DNA of 61,463 bases, counting the filler, from Dugesia japonica (lineage: Eukaryota), in NCBI GenBank assembly GCA_001938525.1. It is 5 parts of 5 records of this genome, joined end to end, with 100 filler letters (N's around TTAATTAATTAA, not from the genome) between each part and the next. Parts side by side here need not be neighbours in the genome. Positions count along the whole stretch, not along the records: positions 32,764 to 41,861 come from MQRL01538394.1; positions 41,962 to 50,395 come from MQRL01593323.1; 3 more parts are not named here. One strand, written 5' to 3'. Below the pieces are notes generated by a model. The model did no database searches, was not told the origin of the DNA, and saw only the letters and a program-made list of their open reading frames with translations. This document shows, in pieces, positions 39,125 to 50,495 of the stretch. How positions within the stretch are numbered: the first letter of the stretch is position 1; every line of letters begins with the position of its first letter. The position numbers and the translations under genes were made by a program.

Positions 39125-39541
39125 TTACACTAACACATCTGGGATTTCCTCCTCGGCGTTTTCGTTGTTATTACTAGACATACCATTGCGGGCACTCCAT
39201 AAATAGTTCTGAACGAACGATGTTAGTTGAGTTGCTGAGGGCAGGCTACTAGTAGTGATGCCTACTAAAAAAGGTCCGTCATGCCACATGCGTTCAACCT
39301 GTGGTGTTCCTAGATCTCTCTCAAAAGAAAGCGGTGCCGGGGGAAAAGCAACTCGGTCTCTTTCAGGGCCACACCAGCTATAATAGGCACCTCTTTCAGT
39401 CGCATCCCATTGCCGATCTTCTATAATTTGTTCAGAAGGGACATTGGAGCGATCTGCTAGCACACTGGCGTCACGATTGTAGGGATTTTGATACCGTTTG
39501 AACGCGGTTTGGCCTGAGTGGGTGTCAAGGCTTACTTCCAT
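39125..39541 (-). CDS. ORF-B of copy R: 138-aa unknown protein
   Basis: Intact GC-rich ORF with a decayed homolog at 33869-34247. Confidence 0.7.
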   Translation of the reverse strand: MEVSLDTHSGQTAFKRYQNPYNRDASVLADRSNVPSEQIIEDRQWDATERGAYYSWCGPERDRVAFPPAPLSFERDLGTPQVERMWHDGPFLVGITTSSLPSATQLTSFVQNYLWSARNGMSSNNNENAEEEIPDVLV

Positions 39542-39783
39542 GTGAAGTTGGTCCTAGAATAGTAATTAGGAAGGGTTTAATTTAAACATTAAAAAACAAA
39601 AAAAATAATATGCGGTCTTGATTTGATATGAACTATTCACAAGTAAGAACAATATTTGGATTTTATTTCATGAAATTATTATTAAATTAACACAACATGT
39701 AAATATTTAATTATGAATTGGTTGAATCATAAACATGTAACGTCACCATCTACTTCAGTCGATTAAAGTCCTAGTGCGCTTTA

Positions 39784-39966
39784 TCACTCCTTATCCAAAT
39801 CTACTTGATTCTGTAGTGGGAACATTTCGCCGAAACACCGGAGATCTGTTTCGTCGGGATGTTCGATTACGCCGTGTGATAGAATGTGTGATAACAGCTG
39901 TCTTCTCCGAGATTTGCGTCTTTCAATTCGAATTAGTTTTAATACTTTCGATAAAGGGTCGGTCAT
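39784..39966 (-). CDS. ORF-A of copy R: 60-aa protein with basic N-terminus and acidic C-terminus
   Basis: Intact ORF with a homolog at 33516-33702. Confidence 0.65.
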   Translation of the reverse strand: MTDPLSKVLKLIRIERRKSRRRQLLSHILSHGVIEHPDETDLRCFGEMFPLQNQVDLDKE

Positions 39967-40168
39967 ACTACTTGATTATCTAACACAAAAAAATATCCTT
40001 TATTTAACCATTGAAAATTATAGAAAAATGTAATAATCTGTAGAGTTTAATTCTTATCGAATTTAGATAGCTCCAGTGTCCTTCCCCAAAAAACAAAAAT
40101 TGGCGAAATGAGTTTGAATTGAGAAACGAAAGTAAAACTGAAAACTACAAGTGACATGGCGATCTTCG

Positions 40169-40680
40169 TCACCCCACTATTTCTCTTAAATTTGAGATAT
40201 TAACGTTTCTGCAAACTAGTTTATAATATAAAATGAAGCATTTTCTCTGTAAATATAACAAATCTCTTACGGCAATCATTCGGCCTTCGTGAGAATAATA
40301 TTTAATAAAACTGCTGTAACTGTTTTTGTTAAAATCAACGGGGTATTCTGCCATATCTTTGATAACATCATCAATATCAAAATATATATCAAAATAGATA
40401 TAACTTTCAATAAATTATTATACCCCGTTGGATTTATACCAGATTTTATCTTAATAAATTTATGCGCATGGCTAGTTATACTGTTCATAGTTTTCCTTAT
40501 CAACTTTATAGAACGATTGAGACAGAAATTTTAAAAGATCTGATACCTTTTGGCGTGCATCAGAGATTTCCTGTAATTATTTATTCACCACCTTTCAAAT
40601 CGGAATATTTTGTTTCGCAATCTCATAACAAAAATTTAATCCCGTTTTATAACAAGTTGGCCTGGTTTAAATAATGCCAT
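40169..40680 (-). pseudogene. ORF-Z of copy R (frameshifted)
   Basis: IKIKSGINPTGYNN / YIFDIDDVIKD / YYKL resembles IMIIFALNPVVNN / YYFRVDDII / YYEL at 33171-33410. Similarity is weaker than for ORFs A-D. Confidence 0.4.
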
Positions 40681-41861
40681 CTTAAAACCATAACCACAAA
40701 AAAAATTTTTAAACAATATTATTTGAAATAGGGTAATTTATGCTTCCCGTGACAACGCTTTCAAGGTTGCCAAACTGGTTAGGTATCAATTTGACTCGTA
40801 TTGTTGCGATCTGGTGATTGCCGTGTTTCGTGTGTGATGGTGTCGCGGCATGCATGTATCGAAACTGAGTCAGTATGAGGTGTGTGTAAGACTAGTGCTG
40901 ATGAAGTTATGTTTACTGTCAATTGATTCCAGGTGTTCCAGAAACTACTGATGATCAGATAGTTCAGTCATTACGTGAATTTAGATGCGGGTCAAAGCAA
41001 GGGCTATCAATTGTGATTTTTGTTTATAAAAAAGATGGATATGCATATCATGATTCATGTTATAAATCCACAAGAGAATTGACAGTATATCTAGCAGCAC
41101 TTAGTGTACTTTCTCTTATTTAATGTTTTCTAAAATCAATTTCAAACTTTCGATAAGCCGAATCAAATTTTATTAAATTACAACTAAATTTTTTTTTCTT
41201 TTAAAATCAATTTAAAATTGTTGATAAACCGAATCAAATTTTATTGATTAAATGATTACGAAACTTTTCTTTTTAAACCCAAAAAATCCTTTATAAACTG
41301 AGTCAAACTTTATTTATTAAATTACTATTAAACCTTTATTTTTAAATCAATTTAAAACTTTTTATAAACTGAATCCAACTTTATTTATTAAATTACTATT
41401 ATTATTTTCATGAAATAACAAACATGATGGACAACAAAATCCTTACTCGATTATTAATTAGGCTGGTTCTGCAACGGATTAACTTTTTCGACACGGGAGT
41501 AGATTTCAGGCAACTGGCTAATATTTTCTGATGAAAATTTGTCTTCAGAGTAGTCGAGCTAATTTCTTCTCTAATTCTAATAATGACTCCGATTAACTAA
41601 CTTATCAGTTATCTCGATCTTACCAATTCAAACCTTTAGATTGAATATTCGATCCTACTTGCAACGTTTTCTAATACGATTTCCTTTATCAAGTTATTCC
41701 ACGTAAGTCACTTTATGGCAATGTTGTACATATGGAAAAAATTTTTGTAGTTAGTTTTCTCACTAAATTCAGGGGTCCTTTTATAGTATTTTCTGCACAC
41801 CCCAACTTCTTCCAGATTCGTTAGTTATTTTTAGATCGACATTTTAGACTTCCTATTGGAT

Positions 41862-41961
41862 NNNNNNNNNNNNNNNNNNNNNNNNNNNNNNNNNNNNNNN
41901 NNNNNTTAATTAATTAANNNNNNNNNNNNNNNNNNNNNNNNNNNNNNNNNNNNNNNNNNNN
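41862..41961. other. Artificial contig spacer N-TTAATTAATTAA-N
   Basis: Same 12-mer in Ns. Confidence 0.95.
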
Positions 41962-42549
41962 GAGAAAAAGAAAAAGTAAAGAGTAATTATATTAACTTGC
42001 ATTTAATTTTAGTATATTTATTATTTTTTTCTATAGAACACATTTTATTTTTGAAAAAAATAATCTCCATTAAATGAGATTAATTAGTCGATAAATTAAA
42101 ATATTTAAAATTTAATAAGATTAGATGCATCAAATAATAAACATTAATTATTCATAACATCGTACTATATTAATTATATTGACAGATTAAATAGTAATAT
42201 TATGTCAATTGATAACTCACAAACACAATGTGGGCTGCTTCGCCCACAATTCTATTATGATTAATTTATATCAATCATTCAATGTTTATTGGAATGCTTC
42301 TGAACCTTTTTATTGTGAAAATAATTTATTCACTCAGAAAATGAAAAAAATCCATTTTCAAACTATGGTAGAAAAACTAAGGGGTACCAATTGATTTTTN
42401 NNNNNNNNNNNNNNNNNNNNNNNNNNNNNNNNNNNNNNNNNNNNNNNNNNNNNNNNNNNNNATATATTTATTGATTTTTTTAAATATTTAATAATTTTTA
42501 AATTAATATATTTATTTGTTAAATTAAAATTTTATTTATTTTTGGTATT

Positions 42550-42770
42550 CATTTAAAATAAAAGCTTCGATAAAAATTTTTTTTTATTGTTTTTTTGAGA
42601 TTGATTCGATATTGCGACCTTGTCTTAGTCGAAGACAAAGTCAAAATATCGAATCAATCTCAAAAAACAATTTTTATCNNNNNNNNNNNNNNNNNNNNNN
42701 NNTAAAAAACGATCAATGGTTACATCCAACAATTATTCTCGCAATAATTGCAATTGTAAAATTATTTATG
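42550..42770. mobile_element. Fold-back copy of the hammerhead repeat, with the inversion point inside the ribozyme core
   Basis: Arms ~42586-42626 and ~42632-42671 are near-perfect inverted repeats. The family tail is at 42711-42760. Confidence 0.75.
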
Positions 42771-43054
42771 GTAGACCCTAATTCTTTACCATAGGCCATT
42801 TTTCTATTATTACAATGTTCTCAAGAACTTATAATCGGTTTCAAATTACACATAAATTAATAAATTATGAAAGGTACAATTAGTATTTTTATTTCATCTT
42901 AACTAGAAACTAATTTTTAGTTATAATTTTAGTTAAGAAAAATTATTTTTGAATTGTTGCATTAAGACTTAAATAATCGTCAATAAAATTATATTTAAAG
43001 TATTATTCTCAATACAATAAAATAATGAAATATAGATCCGAAAATTCCAAATAC

Positions 43055-44630
43055 CTATAAATTGAATCGCTTCATCGTAATAAGCACGCATATCTTGCTT
43101 ATTACAATCTGTTGCTGAAAGACGCTTGTAAATAAATAGATCCTCGCGATAGGAAGGCACATTAGTTGTCACATTCAAAATGTGAGTGATTTTTTTCTCT
43201 TGTAAAACTTCTACATCATTCGAATCCATTTCATTTCCTATATAAAAAATATATAAATCAAATTACCGCCAACTAAAAATAAAAATGACGTAGTTACTAA
43301 AAATAGAAACTAATGAAAAATTAACAGATCAAATTACATTTTCAATTAAATGTCGGTATTAACTCAATAGATTAAGGTGAAACATATTTTTACAGTAAAA
43401 AAAATCAATATTTCGACTAAAACAAAATTATAACGTCACAAAAATGAATGATTTCACGAAAAATATAAACTTGAATTATATAATAATCCACATAATTTCT
43501 CAATCTATATTTAAAATTAGATGGTTTAATTGATTATTACAATTGATCTATTAGAATTAATTTATTATTACAAAAAAAACTTGAATTATGAAGTTTCCTT
43601 AATTAAGAATAAAGTCAAATAATTAAAACTTATGTCACGTACAAAAAAACTAATTTCATTTATTTAGAATTCATATTTAAATTTTAAAATTACCCAAAAA
43701 TAAATATGGCAAAATTTCCGATATTGTAGCATTTAGAACATCTGTGGACCGATTAGATTCATTTGTTGGGCTATAATGATATTGATCAATTTTTTCTTCA
43801 GGAATGGTAGATTCAATTAAACCTTTAGGAAAATAATTGATATATTCTTCATAACCACCTAGAATAAATTTGATTAATATCTATCACTTAATTTTATAGT
43901 CATTTAAAGAAAGTTAGAGTAAATACAATTTGTAAATACTTAGCTGATTTGCAGAAATTCGAAATTTGAACTGACAGAATTTACGTTCAATGTCAGTTGA
44001 AATTACAAATCAGTTTTACAACTTTTAATTTTAATATTAGAAGATAAAACAATATTAAATGTGTTACTTAAATAAATTATTACCTGTTACAAAATATACA
44101 CTTTCAAAATCTTTCCGTAAATATTCTATAAAATCCATTAAATGGGAGGTTTTTTCACCTCTTTGATTATACAACACGATTGTTTCAAAATCATATCTTG
44201 ATTGACTGAATTTATCCCAACTTTTCTTAGCTTTCATCATCATTATTCTTGTTGTGCAATTAAAATGCTCAGCACCAATAATATGGCCGTTTTTAAAGGT
44301 TCTAACATCTCGTGTATCAATCAAACAAATTGTGTTTTTGGATTTCAACTTACTATCAAGCTCTGTTACTGATATTTCATCAAAATTCTTTCTAATTTGA
44401 ATTTTATCAAAATTATATGAAGTTGCGTCCATTACATTATTTACATATAACTTTTTTTGAGGGGCATAATCAATGTCTTTGATTTTAATAGCACAATCCG
44501 ATTCAATAGTATCCATGGATTGCAAAGAATTAATTTTTGTAGTTGACTGGAATGTTGGTTTCTTGAATTTATCATTCTTTATAATTACTGGCTTTGATAT
44601 AGGCCTTTTAGACACAATAACACCATTCAT
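43055..44630 (-). CDS. Dual-specificity MAPK phosphatase (DUSP10/MKP5/puckered-like), first three coding exons; 3' part not in this contig
   Basis: Exon 44630-44084 encodes a rhodanese domain (LIDTRDVRTFKNGHIIGAEHFNC). Exon 43858-43694 gives GGYEEY...ISEILPYLFLG. Exon 43237-43055 gives GNEMDSND...ILNVTTNVP...YKRLSATDCNKQDMRAYYDEAIQFI. All introns are phase-1 GT-AG. Confidence 0.9.
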
Positions 44631-45254
44631 TGTAACAAAACTATAACTAATTAAATGCTGTAATTGACTATATATGAAATTTAGAAAATAAAATTAGAAA
44701 TACGTAATGGCTAAATATAAACTTATCCTGATTGGTTTATTAAAAAGTTCAGACGAGACCTAGATACTAAGATGTGAGAAAAACAAATCAATAAATAATT
44801 TTTTAAATAACTAAATTAAATTCGATAATTTTTTAAAGCAAGGTAAATGTAAATTATAATTTTAAATATTAAATTATTTTTGAATGTTTATAGTCTGTAC
44901 TGATAATTAAATTTGTATGCCATGTGCAATACAATACTAAATTTCAGAATTTGTTTACTGGCTTAAGATTTCATCGCTGAAAAAACAATAAAAATTAATA
45001 TTTAAATGATATTTTTGAACATCCTCTTTTCTTATTCAGCATATTTATATTTAAATAACTACATTATTTCCTATAATTTTTTTTCATTAACTATAGAATT
45101 TATATATATATATATATATATAAATTCCATAACTAGAAATTTTAATTGTTTCAAAAAATATTCTTTAACAAATTATCTGTAAATTATAAAAATTGGAGTT
45201 ACTTATTTAATTCATTAAAATAAAAACTTCCATCAAAATTTTTTTTAGTTTTTC

Positions 45255-45405
45255 TAACAATTCTATATTTTGACTTTGTCTTCGTTAGGAAGTCAATTCA
45301 TTAAACTTTGATCAAAGCTTTTATTTTAATGAATTCTGAAAAAAGATCAATGGTTACGCCCAACAATTATTCTCGCTATAATTGCAATTGTAAAATTACT
45401 TATGT
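45255..45405. repeat. Degenerate copy of the hammerhead repeat
   Basis: Minus strand CTAACGAAGACAAAGTCAAAATATAGAATTG within 45258-45292, followed by the plus-strand family tail. Confidence 0.7.
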
Positions 45406-45929
45406 AATTTGAGAATCAGCAGAATCAAAAACACACGTTCAACACAACATCAAGTAACACGAACAGCCTATCATCAAACAATAATAAGATTACTATAAAT
45501 AACAACACAACATTAACATTGTGAGGAAAATAAAAGTTAAAGAAAATTTTAGTTGTGTAAATATTTAAATTTTTGTAAAGGCAGATTTCTTTAATAGCAA
45601 TAAAAAATAAAATTTTGATTGGTGTTTGATTAAAGTAAATTTGTACGCGAAATTTTGTACAGTAAAAAGATTAGAACNAATATTTTAATACTTGTAAGCT
45701 TATTTTGTATTTATATATTAAAAATTTAGTATTTGCCATTTTATAATTTTTAATTTTGTATCCAATTCTTAATTGGTAACATAATTTGCTATTTTAATTG
45801 CCATTGTAAAATTTTAGGTAACGTAGATAGTTAAAGAATTTAGGATAATAATTGTTCATTTAATATATTTTATAAACCAATTTTAATGATTAATAAAAAT
45901 GAAATTTATTCCGAGAAACTCATATTAAT

Positions 45930-48660
45930 GTGATTATGAGGTTGAGTTGTTTTAATAAGTTACGAGAACTATATTTAGAAATAAGCAATGAAAGATTACG
46001 ATGTGCAAACGTTAGTACATTTGAAATTGTTCGGAAAGTTAGAACTAGAGGGACAATTGATGAAGTTTGCAAAAAGGTTACTTTCTTAGTTTCAGGAATA
46101 GTGACACCAGATTTGACTGGAGGAATAGATATGTAGAAGACTTTTGAATATCAGCTTGTGTGAAAAGTAGACAGTAAAACTGATGTAAAAGTTGAAAATT
46201 AAATTTGTTATATTGAAGTAAAATTTGGGAGACAAACTAAAGAGAGAGCGATTGACAAGAACCCAAAACAGTCTAAAGCTTAAAAACGATAAAAAGTTTT
46301 TGGAAACAATAAAGACGTTTTCATTGCAAATAAATCGGATAAAAAGACGTACATATCTGACAAAACACAAAATAATCACAAGTGGTGAACCAATTAACGC
46401 AAAATCGTACAGGCAACCTATGAACTTAAATGGTAAAATTGTAGAAACTATCCAAAACCTTTTCGAGAATAATAATATCCGGAAATACAACTCTACATGG
46501 AATATCCCATTGATCTCTGTTTAGAAACAAGAAAAGAAGGATATAAGAACATGTTTCGATTTCAGACTTTTGAATGATGTAATAAAGGCCTTCTTGATGT
46601 CTAATGTCGATGAAACGTTGGATAAGTTGGATTGAGCAAAATATTTCAATTCAATAGATTTATCAAATGCGTACTATTAGATAGAGCTCGAAGAAGAATC
46701 TGAAGAAAAAACGGCGTTTTCAACGAAACACGGGCAATATGGTTTTAATAGAATGCCAATTTACATCGCTTCAGCACCGAGTACATTTCAGGAGATGATG
46801 ACAAAAGTGGGAGGCAGAATTAATGGAGCCAGTGTAAATCTTGATAACATTCGATATTTATGAACAATAAAGATCAATACTATGAAGTAATTGACAGAAT
46901 ATTGACGGAAATAATAAAGACCGGTTTAAGAATTAATTCGGAAAAGTGTCAGTTTCTTCAAGGCAAAATAAAATTTCCTGGACACATAATCAGCAGGGAT
47001 GGTGCTAAAACTTATCTGTCTAGAATATAAGCAATACGAATATTTGTAAAACCTAACTGCGTGAAGAAGTTACGAAGTTTCTTAGAAATATGTAATTACT
47101 ACCGGAAGTTTTTAGAAAACTATGCAAAAAATCGAAGATCTTAGAACAGTTGTGTAGTGGACCAAGTATTAAGAAACTATAATAGACAAATAAATTAAAG
47201 GATACTTGCCTAAGTCTGAAAAAAGCTTTAATGGCTGCGTCAATATTGTGTTTTCCAAATATGATCAGAGAATTTTTATTGGATACGGACATTAGTTTCA
47301 ATACTATTGGAGAAGCATTATCAAAGAACGATAAAGAAGAAAGAGAAAGGGTTGTTGCATATGAATCACAATAATGTAAATAGTTAAGGAAATGCAGTTG
47401 TATTAATATAATTTTTATAAAATTAAATCACTAAACGTGAATGGAATTGGTATCATGACAAAGTTGAGAATAAAAACAAACAAGTGTCAAAGTAAAATAA
47501 AGATGTCAAAATTTTAAAGAGACTTAAATCGGATAAATTATAACAAAACCACAAATCTTTCTTAAATGACGAGAAGTCATTCTCATGGATGATTTTGTGA
47601 ATATGTATTATAAACCGAATTGGAGAGACCAAACCTTAAAGAAATAATGAAACAATGTATCCAGTTAGTTCAGTAGAGATTATAGACAAATGTTATTAAC
47701 AATTTGAGTTATTATACCAGTACTTGACTGTGGGATTGAAAATTAAGAAGTTAGTGTGCGAGCAATGAGAGATAAGTGTGACCAACTCATTCCTATTGAA
47801 TCTTTGAATTTGTAATTTTTATTCTTGATAACATCTTATTTGATAAAATTTTTTTATTGGTTACTATGTGAAGAGTAAATTGTGCATGCGTGTGCAATAC
47901 TATTTAAATAATTGTAAATAATCATAAAATTTGGTTAAACGTACTGAAACCCAATTGTAGAGCAATAAAGTCATTATTGAGTTAATCAATTCTGCTTGAT
48001 ATGAGTCATAATTTTTTAGATTTTAGAAAAGATTATATGCCTTAGACGAACCTTTACCTGAGCGTGGAGCAGATTTAATTTAAAGTTAAAATAAATTTTG
48101 TTATTAAACAAGTTTAAGTGTTGGAAACCTCAACACTGTTTACTATTTCTGCATGCATTTCAGACATTACTTGTATGGTAGAAAATTTACTCTTAACAAA
48201 GAAGAACCCTATCACATCACAATTCCAAACATGGATTAATTACCTTAGTAGTTTAGACATTATATTAGAATGTAGAAAAGGAATTCAACATGGTAATGCA
48301 GATATGTTTTCTAGAACAAGATGTGAGGTATCTGTACTTGAAAATGTCAAGAAAAGAAAGATTAAAATAAGAGTGCTAAACACAATCAAAAGGGAAAAGG
48401 AAAAGCAATTAAATACTTCAGAAGAGAAAGATTTATTCAAGAAAAAAAATTTCGAATGACAAAATATGTGAAACAATAGAAGAAATTTACAATCATGCAT
48501 GAGTTGAAAAGGTGTAGGAATATATGAGAGACAAATACATTTCGAAGAATTTGTAAAGCCAAATACAGAAGATAGTTCGTAGCTGTGAAATATGCCAAAA
48601 AATCAAAGTAGTGATGACAACAACTAAAGTGAAGACAAAGAGATTAGAGGCTACCATAAT
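45930..48660 (+). mobile_element. Second decayed Ty3/gypsy pol, same family as 29860-32300
   Basis: HKIITSGEPINAKSYRQPMNL, KTAFST, LEQLCSGPS, VVAYESH, HFRHYLYGRKF and KNPITSQFQTWINYLSSLD are shared with the first copy. Confidence 0.9.
47375..48135 (+). mobile_element. Insertion in the gypsy RNase H region, probably a solo LTR (TG...CAACA)
   Basis: Gypsy coding similarity stops near 47370 and resumes near 48140. The insert begins TGTAA and ends CTCAACA. No clear target-site duplication. Confidence 0.5.
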
Positions 48661-49529
48661 AACATCTACACAATTATGCTCAATTTTATTACGTGAAATT
48701 GCATATTGTACCTGTTGTGTATAATATTAACTTGTGTTCTAATTTTTTTAAAAATATATATGTATATATTAATTATCATTTTCATACATAAGACACATTT
48801 TTAATGACTTAAGCATGCTAAAAATTATTGTTTAATTTTTTTAAAAAAGGTGACGAACAGACAAAGTGACAAAGTTACTTAAAGTGACAAAGTTTTTTAA
48901 TTGTTTGTGTCAACAGTTACATAGTGATAATGCAAATAAAGAACATAAAACATTTTAACATGGTANNNNNNNNNNNNNNNNNNNNNNNNNNNNNNNNNNN
49001 NNNNNNNNNNNNNNNTATATGAGAGACAAATACATTTCGAAGAATTTGTAAAGCCAAATACAGAAGATAGTTCGTAGCTGTGAAATATGACAAAAAATCA
49101 AAGTAGTGACGACAACAACTAAAGTGAAGACAAAGAGATTAGAGGCTACCATAATAACATCTTCACAATTATACTCATTTTTATTAAGTGAAATTGCATA
49201 TTGTACCTGTTGTGTATAATATTGACTTGTGTTCTAATTTTTTTAAAAATATGTATGTATATATTAATTATCATTTTCATACATAAGACACATTTTTAAT
49301 GACTTAAACATGCTAAAAATTATTGTTTAATTTTTTTAAAAAAGGTGACGAACAGACAAAGTGACAATGTTACAAACTAAGTAAAGCAAACTTAGAATTT
49401 ATTTTTCACATGAATTTGTTTTTGGCGGTTTTTTAATTGTTTGTGTCAACAGTTACATAGTGATAATGCAAATAAAGAACATAAAACATTTTAACATGGT
49501 ACTAAATTTTACCCTATATTTAAAATCAA

Positions 49530-50148
49530 TTTCACTGTCCGGCGTATTTTTGAGCGGATATTGAATATTCCGAACCATCCAACTCTAATTTTCTTCCGTC
49601 ATCTAATTCTAAATTATAATTAGTGAGAAACTTGTTTACCCTCCATGGTTCTGTATATCTTCCGGAATCTATCTTCTCTTTTCTGTAATTCGCTTCCTTT
49701 GTTTTTAAGTTTATTCTGAAAATCCATCTTGTCAATTTCTATACTTGCAGTCAAAATATCCGGTTTCAAATTCATCTTTTCCCAAATAAAATTTTGAAAG
49801 GTAAAATCACTAGTTTCTTGCTATTTTATGATCTCATATTTAGTTCAAAACAAGGAATTTCTTTATCCCACGATTGGTTATGTGATTCACAAAAATGTAT
49901 ATAATTTGTCTTTGGCCATCCTAAATACCGGTGATATTAGGTCATTACTCTTATAATAATAAGAAGCTGAATATGATTGCTTTATTTCATTATTTCCGAT
50001 TTAAATTGTGTTCCGTTATCAGAAAGAATTATTCTCAGAATCCAAAAGTAAGCTTTTCATCTTAAAAATATTATCTTGGCAAATGTTTTTGCAGAAATAC
50101 CTTTCAATGATATTAACGCTATACATCTAGAAAAAATATCAATCATTC
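49530..50148 (-). mobile_element. Ty3/gypsy integrase core and C-terminal fragment
   Basis: IILSDNGTQFKSEIM near 49990-50035, and GRYTEPWRV, resembling the GPY/F module. Confidence 0.75.
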
Positions 50149-50153
50149 CTATG

Positions 50154-50190
<37 letters not shown>

Positions 50191-50394
50191 TAGATGGAAA
50201 ATACTCCTTTTGCTGACAGGGGTCGAGAGATGTTGTCCTGATGTAAAATGTAAAGTGAAAAATGCAAAGTGTAAAATATTTTGCGGACAGGGTTCGAGAG
50301 ATGTTGTCCTGTGAAATGTTCGACTACAAATGTTGAGTGAAAAATACCAAGTGTAAAATATCAAGTGAAAAATATCAAGTGAAAAATGTCCGAC

Positions 50395-50495
50395 ANNNNN
50401 NNNNNNNNNNNNNNNNNNNNNNNNNNNNNNNNNNNNNNNTTAATTAATTAANNNNNNNNNNNNNNNNNNNNNNNNNNNNNNNNNNNNNNNNNNNN
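50395..50495. other. Artificial contig spacer N-TTAATTAATTAA-N
   Basis: Same 12-mer in Ns. Confidence 0.95.

Larger units (their letters stand above)
37796..40700 (-). mobile_element. Unrecognised multi-ORF element, copy R; may extend to the contig end near 41861
   Basis: Terminus ...GAACCCCAACA (minus strand) at 37796. ORFs D, C, B, A and Z are on the minus strand. A minus-strand TATAAAAGG lies at 41777-41785. Confidence 0.75.

Noticed and set aside
36693-40674. Antisense ORFs over the cassette (36693-36944, 37088-37384, 37931-38269, 38634-38819, 39774-39983)
   Set aside because: Protein conservation between the copies, start codons and poly(A) signals all favour the opposite strand; these are shadow ORFs.
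42227-42250. Hairpin TGTGGGC-TGCTTC-GCCCACA resembling a Helitron 3' end or terminator
   Set aside because: No CTRR end at the expected spacing and no second copy in the window.
48520-49503. ~490-bp tandem duplication with a few differences
   Set aside because: Spans an N gap; most simply two alleles scaffolded in tandem.
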